The position numbers were made by a program, and so were the translations under genes. Below, one piece after another: positions 58,438-64,000 of a stretch of DNA of 64,000 bases. Position 1 is the stretch's first letter; each line of letters starts with the position of its first letter. This DNA is from Candidatus Eiseniibacteriota bacterium. Its GTDB lineage: Bacteria; Eisenbacteria; RBG-16-71-46; CAZAMP01. The stretch is taken from NCBI GenBank assembly GCA_965224245.1, contig OZ245046.1, positions 512,001 to 576,000 on the forward strand. Reading direction: 5' to 3'. The notes beneath the pieces were generated by a model that saw nothing but the letters and a program-made list of their open reading frames with translations, made no database searches and was not told the DNA's origin.

Positions 58438-60003
58438 CTACTTCAGCATGACCGCCTGTCGCGTCTCGACGACGTGACCGTCCACGACCAGCTCGTAGAA
58501 GTACGTTCCGGAGGCCAGGAGACGGCCGGATTCGTCGCGACCGTCCCAGTTCACCCGATGCGATCCCGCGCTCACGTGCGCGTCCACGAGCGTGCGCAGG
58601 AGGCGCCCCGTCGCGTCGTAGATGCGGATCTGCGCGGTGCCGGCGTTCTCCAGCACGAAGGGGAGCGCCGTCGAGGGGTGGAACGGGTTCGGCCGAGGCG
58701 CCAGCAGCCGCGTACCGGCGGCGACCCCGGTCTGCGGGCTGGAGAGCGGCGTCACGTCGCCGGTGCCCATGCGGACGGTGCCGACGGTGGACCCGCCCAG
58801 GCCCTCGAGAATGCTGCCCGGTGCACCCTGGAAGTCGATCCGGTAGGCGATGTCGAAGAAGCTGTCGACCTGGAAGTCGCCGCTGGGTAGCTGCGTCAGC
58901 GTCGTGTGTCCCGGGCTCGGGAGACCGAACTCGGTACCGCCGGTGATGCCGAGGAACTCGAAGTCCGGATCTCCGAACAGCTTACCCTGCAGCCGCACCA
59001 TGTCGTTGTCGAACTCCTGGACCGGGTCGCCCGGCGTCCGCGGACCGGTGTGCACCTCGCACTGGATCGGGATGATCATCGTGCGTGCGTAGCCCTCGAG
59101 GTCGCCGGTGCCGTTGAGCGTCATCGTCAGCTGCGACTGGAACTGCTCGATCTCGCCGCCCAGCGTGCCGCCCGGTGTCGCGACCACGTTGAAGAACCGG
59201 TCGTGAATCGGGTCGAACTCGATCGTCGTTCCCGGTGGAAGGCCGTCGATGATCATGTGGACCTGGTCCGGCGACAGGTACTGACAGCCGTCGGGCGGCA
59301 GGCGGACGGTACCCGTCCCGTCGTCGGCGACCACGCACGGGTTGTCGGGAGCCGGCTCGCCGCCCTGCATCCGTACGGTTCCCTCGGTCGGGCCGCCGAA
59401 GCCCTCGAGGATGCTTCCCGGCGCGCCCTGGAACTCGATCCGGTAGGCGATGTCGAAGAAGCTGTCGACGTTGAAGTTGCCGTTGGGGAGCTGCGTGAGC
59501 GTCGTCTGACCGGGGCTCGGGAGGCCGAACGACGAGCCCGCGACGATCTGGATGAAGTCGAAGTCCGGGTCGCCGAAGAGCTGGCCCTGGAGCTGCACCA
59601 TCTCGTTCGGAAACGTCTGCACGGGGTCGCCGGGCGAGCGCGGACCGGTGTGAACCTCGCACGCGATCGGGATCGCCATCGTTCGGGCAAACCCGGCCAG
59701 ATCGCCGGTTCCCGTCATCTGCATGAACAGGAACGACTGGAACTGCTCGACCTCGCCGCCGAGCGACCCGCCCGGGAATCGCACCTCGTTGAAGAACTTC
59801 GCGTGCTCGGCCGCGACGTGGATCTCGGTGCCCGCCGGGAGGTTGCCGATCATGATGTGCAGATCGTCCGGAGAGACGTATCCGCATCCGGGCGGTGGCA
59901 GGTCGACGGTCCCGGTGCCATTGTCGGGTACCTCGCACACGTCCGCTCTCGCGATCGAGCCGACCAGCGCGGCCATACATACGACGCTCCAAAGACGCGA
60001 CAT
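58438..60003 (-). CDS. Secreted protein with two tandem 200-aa domains of unknown family and FlgD-Ig/T9SS-like tail
   Basis: AGGAGG RBS, signal peptide, repeats starting at C23 and C223 sharing 'CEVHTGPR.PGDPVQ.F', 'FGLPSPG.TTL', 'VDSFFDIAYRI.FQGAPGS'. Tail 'PNPF...YDATGRLLRTL...WDGRDESG..LASGTYFY'. Confidence 0.88.
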   Translation of the reverse strand: MSRLWSVVCMAALVGSIARADVCEVPDNGTGTVDLPPPGCGYVSPDDLHIMIGNLPAGTEIHVAAEHAKFFNEVRFPGGSLGGEVEQFQSFLFMQMTGTGDLAGFARTMAIPIACEVHTGPRSPGDPVQTFPNEMVQLQGQLFGDPDFDFIQIVAGSSFGLPSPGQTTLTQLPNGNFNVDSFFDIAYRIEFQGAPGSILEGFGGPTEGTVRMQGGEPAPDNPCVVADDGTGTVRLPPDGCQYLSPDQVHMIIDGLPPGTTIEFDPIHDRFFNVVATPGGTLGGEIEQFQSQLTMTLNGTGDLEGYARTMIIPIQCEVHTGPRTPGDPVQEFDNDMVRLQGKLFGDPDFEFLGITGGTEFGLPSPGHTTLTQLPSGDFQVDSFFDIAYRIDFQGAPGSILEGLGGSTVGTVRMGTGDVTPLSSPQTGVAAGTRLLAPRPNPFHPSTALPFVLENAGTAQIRIYDATGRLLRTLVDAHVSAGSHRVNWDGRDESGRLLASGTYFYELVVDGHVVETRQAVMLK

Positions 60004-60207
60004 CGTCTAACCTCCTGCCGTCGACACCGCGCCGTTCGTCTCTCGTACGGCGAACGATCTCCGGCCAACGGTTTTGTAGGATGATGCGGGCGCATCACGC
60101 GAACGCGATTCGATCCGGTCCGAATGCCCTCGACCGGCTCGAAGGACGGCCACGATCCGAGGAAGCGGGTGACCCCAAAAAACGGCCATCGGGAAACTCT
60201 CATCGAA

Positions 60208-60237
60208 ATGATACTGTGTTGCCCGGAAACTGGACAA
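60208..60237 (-). promoter_or_regulatory. Putative sigma-70 promoter for the tandem-repeat protein gene
   Basis: Minus strand TTGTCC-N18-TATCAT in an AT-richer divergent region. Implies a leader of about 200 nt. Confidence 0.45.
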
Positions 60238-60287
60238 GCACGTGCTGAGGATCTTGCCCCGCGAGGACCGAGATCGATGATCCTGGC

Positions 60288-62978
60288 ATGAAATCGCGCC
60301 ATGCGCCGCCGACGCGTCCACGCCCGCTCCCGTGGGGGTGGAGCCTCTCGCATCCCACGCTTATTCTCCTGTTCGTCGCGGTTGTGACCGCGTTTCTGGG
60401 AGCCGGGCTGGGTCGGCTGCGGCTGCGGACCGATGGACACGCCCTGATTCCGGCCGAGCGGGCCGAGATCGTCGAGGACGCCGAGATCCGTGAGCGGTTC
60501 GGCGTTCGGGATCCCGTGATCGTCCTGGTGCGGTCGTCGAGCCCGGAGGGGATCTACACGGTCCCGGCGCTGGCGGCGCTGGTCGAGCTCTCGGACTCGC
60601 TGTCGGCGCTGGCCGGGCCCGGGTCCGTGATGAGCCTGGCCACCGAGCGCGGCGATCGCTTCGAGCGGGGCACGCTCAGGTATCGCCGCTTTCTGTCACC
60701 ACTGCCGGCATCCGAGGGGGCGATCGACACGCTTCGCTCCGACCTGGCCGCGCTCGCCCTGCCGGTGGGGACGCTCGTCTCCGACGACGGAGCCGGCGCC
60801 GCCATCTACGTGGACGTCGATCCGGGGGCGGAGCGGAGCGCGTTCCTGGCCCGGGTCATGGACCTGGTCGCCCGACACCGCACCGAGGATCTACGGCTCG
60901 ACGTCATCGGGGCTCCGATCGCGGAGAGCCTGCTCGGGCTGCACATCCTCGCCGACCTTGGATTGCCCGGGGCGGCGCGCGCCCACGCCGACGACGTCGA
61001 CCCCGATCGGCCCGCCGCCGGGTGGGAGCGGACACGTGACGTGATCACGCGGCCCGGCCTCGTTCCGATCGCCATCGTCATCATGTTCGTCGTGTTCGTG
61101 GTCGCGTTCCGGAGTGTTCCCGCGGCAGTTCTGCCCTTGATCGAGGTGCTCGCCTGTCTGATCTCGGTGCTCGGGCTCATGGGCTGGATGGGCGTGCCGT
61201 TCTACCTGACGATCGCGCCGATGCCCGTGATCCTGACCATGATGGGGGTCGCGGACGAGGTCCATCTGTTCGCACGTCATGCGCGCCTCCGCACCGAAGA
61301 CCCCAGTGCCGACCCGAGGGAGGTCGTCGACGCCACGATGCGCGACCTCGTGCGACCGGTCGTGTGGACCTCGGTGACGACGGCGATCGGGTTCGCGTCG
61401 TTCGCGCTGTCGCCGATCGCACCGGTGCGTGCGTTCGGGGTGTTCACGGCGCTGGGCGTGATGTATTGCCTGGGATGGTCGCTTCTGGTCACGCCGGCGC
61501 TCCTCGTGCGTCTACCCGCGTCACAGGTGGGAGATCCACGGCTGCCATCGGCGCCGCTCGATCGGCTGGGTCGTCTGGTCACCGGTCACCCGAAGGCGAC
61601 GCTGGGGGTGGCCGGGCTCGTCGTGCTCCTGTCGATACCGGGACTGGTGCGGCTGAAGGTGCAGGACAGCTGGATCTCGGGCTTCTCGGAGCGGAGCCGG
61701 TTTCGATCCGCGACCGAATGGTACGACGCGCACTTCCTCGGGATGCACCGGCTCTTGATCGAGGTCCGGGGCGAGCCCGTCGACGTGGTCGGCGCGATCC
61801 CCGTAGACCGACTCGAGCGGCATCGGCTGACGCTGCCGTCCGGGAGCGTCTCCGATCCCGGGCGGCTGGTCGGCTGCCGGATCGCGCTGTCCCCGGACGG
61901 CTGGCGTCACGACGAACCCGAGCAACGCTGGGAGTCGTGGATCGTGCTCGCCGAGGAGACCGCCGACGGCCTCGTGCTGATGACGCCCCGCCGCGATGGG
62001 TCTGCGCGGATGCGCTTCGGGGATCAGCTCACGGGCGTGGTGAGATACGAGATCCGGTCGCGGACGTTCTCCTGGCACGAGCACCTCCGCCGTGTCGAGG
62101 CGTTCGAGGCGGTCGTGGCATCGCGGCGGGACGACACCGTGGGGGGCGTGATCGGCGCCGCCGCCCACGTTGCCACCGCCGACTACGTGGTGACGCGTCG
62201 CGATTCCACCGCACGCGAGGTTCCTGACGACCCCGATCGCGTGGGCTGGCTGCTAAGCCAGTACGGGCGCGTTCACGGCGAGCGCCGTCTCCGCGCCATC
62301 GTGGATCCCGACCTCGAGCGCGCGCTCGTGACCGTCTTCATGCGCGCCGCGAACTACCGGGCCACCGCGTCGTTGATGCGGGAGACCCGGGCCTACGCGC
62401 GAGAGCATCTCGAGCCCGCCGGGCTGTCGATCCGATTCGCCGGTGACGTCGCGGTGAGCCAGACGCTGATCGAGTCCATCGTCAGCACCCAGCGACGCTC
62501 TCTGGGGCTCTCGCTCGTGGGGATCCTGGTCGTGCTCGTGGGCCTGATGCGATCGCCGGTGCGCGCCGTCATGGGCGTGCTGCCATCGGCGATGGCCGTC
62601 GGCATCGGGCTGGCCATGCTGGGCGCGACCGGGCGCTCGCTCGGGGTGTCCACGTCCATGTTCGCCGGCATGACGCTCGGTGTGGGCGTCGACTTCTCCA
62701 TTCACCTGCTGGCGGCGCATGCGCGGGCGGTCGGGACCCGTGCCGAGCGGATCCGGCTCGCACTGGCCGATGCCGGTCCCGCGATGACGATCGATGCGCT
62801 GGCGGTTGCGCTCGGGTTCGGCGTGCTGTGTGTGTCGGGGGTGCCGGCCAACGTCGCGCTGGGGTCCCTGGCCCTGGTGTGCATTCTGACCTGCCTGGCC
62901 GTCACGCTCGGGGTGGTGCCGGCGCTCCTGTCCCTCGGTGCCGGCGGGAATGGACCGGAGGACGGGTCGAGCGCATAG
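60288..62978 (+). CDS. MMPL/RND-family exporter
   Basis: Two repeats of TM + large loop + TM bundle. 'MGVADEVH', 'TSVTTAIGF.SF', 'GVGVDFSIH', 'ALGFGVL'. Start uncertain. Confidence 0.9.
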   Translation: MKSRHAPPTRPRPLPWGWSLSHPTLILLFVAVVTAFLGAGLGRLRLRTDGHALIPAERAEIVEDAEIRERFGVRDPVIVLVRSSSPEGIYTVPALAALVELSDSLSALAGPGSVMSLATERGDRFERGTLRYRRFLSPLPASEGAIDTLRSDLAALALPVGTLVSDDGAGAAIYVDVDPGAERSAFLARVMDLVARHRTEDLRLDVIGAPIAESLLGLHILADLGLPGAARAHADDVDPDRPAAGWERTRDVITRPGLVPIAIVIMFVVFVVAFRSVPAAVLPLIEVLACLISVLGLMGWMGVPFYLTIAPMPVILTMMGVADEVHLFARHARLRTEDPSADPREVVDATMRDLVRPVVWTSVTTAIGFASFALSPIAPVRAFGVFTALGVMYCLGWSLLVTPALLVRLPASQVGDPRLPSAPLDRLGRLVTGHPKATLGVAGLVVLLSIPGLVRLKVQDSWISGFSERSRFRSATEWYDAHFLGMHRLLIEVRGEPVDVVGAIPVDRLERHRLTLPSGSVSDPGRLVGCRIALSPDGWRHDEPEQRWESWIVLAEETADGLVLMTPRRDGSARMRFGDQLTGVVRYEIRSRTFSWHEHLRRVEAFEAVVASRRDDTVGGVIGAAAHVATADYVVTRRDSTAREVPDDPDRVGWLLSQYGRVHGERRLRAIVDPDLERALVTVFMRAANYRATASLMRETRAYAREHLEPAGLSIRFAGDVAVSQTLIESIVSTQRRSLGLSLVGILVVLVGLMRSPVRAVMGVLPSAMAVGIGLAMLGATGRSLGVSTSMFAGMTLGVGVDFSIHLLAAHARAVGTRAERIRLALADAGPAMTIDALAVALGFGVLCVSGVPANVALGSLALVCILTCLAVTLGVVPALLSLGAGGNGPEDGSSA

Positions 62979-63132
62979 GGACCTGGTATCACCGACGCGA
63001 TCGCGTTTATACTGATCTTTCCGTTCGGCGGTCCCTTTTTGGCGGCCCGTCCCGTGCCGGCGGCGTCGGCGCTCGACCCGGGAACCATCACGAACGGTCA
63101 TCTCGCTGGCCCGCGAGGAGCAGGTTTCACAC

Positions 63133-64000
63133 GTGAAGACGCTTCCGACGCTGCGCCGGCGGCTCTTCGGCATCTCCAGCGCCGAAGCCGAGTTCGCGCG
63201 ACGCGGTTTTGAGCCGACCACCGGCGCCAAGCAACGCGTCCTCGAGACCGCCGGCGCGACGTTCATCGAGGGATACAACCGTGCGATCGCGCACGGACGC
63301 GGCACCGGCGTGGCCGACCTTCTCTTCGACGTCGATCCGAGCCGGCTGGGGTTCGCGTTCGAAGGAGCCGCCATGGCGCTCGCACTTCTCGACCGGCTCC
63401 TGCCGTGGCGCGGCACTCGCCTCCAGACCCTGCTCGCCGGAGACGGCGATCCCCACCGGTACATGGTGTTCGTCGGTGCGGGCTGGGCGCTGGCCAGGCT
63501 GCGTCGATCGCCGCGTTCGCTTCTGGGCCTCGATCCCATTCTAGGCTGGCTCGCCGTGGACGGAATGGGATTCCACGACGCGTACTTCCACCCGGATCGG
63601 ACGATCGGCCGGGCCGAGCGGTCGGCGCGCGCGATGGGTGTCGCCGCTCACGTGTTCGACCAGGGTGTCGGACGGGCGATGTGGTTCGTGTGCGGGGCGA
63701 ACGTCACCCGGACGTCGTCGACCGTGTCGGGATTCTCGGCCGAGCGGCACGCCGATCTGTGGAGTGGGGTCGGGCTCGCGGCCACGTACGCCGGTGCGGT
63801 CGATCGTGACGAGCTCCTCGCGTTGCGCGAGGCGTCGGGAGAGCATGCCTCGCATCTCGGTCAGGGATCGGCGTTCGCCGCCAAGGCGCGGATGCGAGCC
63901 GCGAATCCGACGCCGCACGTCGACGCGGCGACCGACGTGCTCTGCGGGCTCTCGTGCGGAGCCGCTGCCGATCTGACCGACGAGGCGCTGTCGGCCACCC
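63133..64000 (+). CDS. DUF1702 family protein (UnbL / enediyne E3-like), 3' end outside window
   Basis: Not in the ORF track. GAGGAG then GTG 63133, open to the window end. Hand translation: 'FARRGF', 'FIEGYN', 'GFAFEGAAM', 'HRYMVFVGAGWALARL', 'WLAVDGMGFHDAYF', 'DQGVGRAMWF', 'DLWSGVGLAATYAG', 'QGSAFAAKAR'. Confidence 0.88.
   Translation, partial: MKTLPTLRRRLFGISSAEAEFARRGFEPTTGAKQRVLETAGATFIEGYNRAIAHGRGTGVADLLFDVDPSRLGFAFEGAAMALALLDRLLPWRGTRLQTLLAGDGDPHRYMVFVGAGWALARLRRSPRSLLGLDPILGWLAVDGMGFHDAYFHPDRTIGRAERSARAMGVAAHVFDQGVGRAMWFVCGANVTRTSSTVSGFSAERHADLWSGVGLAATYAGAVDRDELLALREASGEHASHLGQGSAFAAKARMRAANPTPHVDAATDVLCGLSCGAAADLTDEALSAT

Noticed and set aside
60283-60304. TGGCATGAAATCGC as a sigma-54 promoter
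   Set aside because: GG-to-GC spacing is 9 or 11 nt on either strand, not the required 10.
1-64000. rRNA, tRNA, integrase, transposase or prophage genes
   Set aside because: None recognised by eye. tRNAscan-SE and Rfam were not run, so small RNAs could have been missed.

Overview
High-GC (roughly 70% by eye) bacterial chromosomal window. I saw no rRNA, tRNA, CRISPR array or transposase. The first ~39 kb is mostly housekeeping: tatA, an S8 protease, PpiD, TrkA with two CNNM/CorC genes, Mrp, a kinase/sigma-54 activator pair, dnaE-PHP, a cytochrome c maturation operon, dapE/dapD, sucA-sucB-lpdA and glutamine-dependent nadE. The kinase/activator intergenic region holds a readable -24/-12 promoter and phased enhancer-like sites. 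The ccm operon has a Cys-type CcmE (CPSKY), no ccmG/H and two extra CcmI-like genes. The last ~25 kb is accessory. It holds secreted proteins with FlgD-Ig/T9SS-like C-terminal tails and an ECF sigma factor coupled to a kinase-STAND-TPR protein. The right end carries a locus built from enediyne-cassette families: an ASPIC/UnbV lipoprotein fused to a TPR-like domain, a secreted protein with two exact-period 200-aa repeats, an MMPL exporter and a DUF1702/UnbL gene. The DUF1702 gene is missing from the ORF track because it runs off the window. This locus is the best candidate for an undescribed system, but the PKS itself is not in the window. The secretome style suggests an FCB-related candidate phylum such as Eisenbacteria or Krumholzibacteriota (inference only). 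All family calls come from recognising motifs by eye; no database searches were run.
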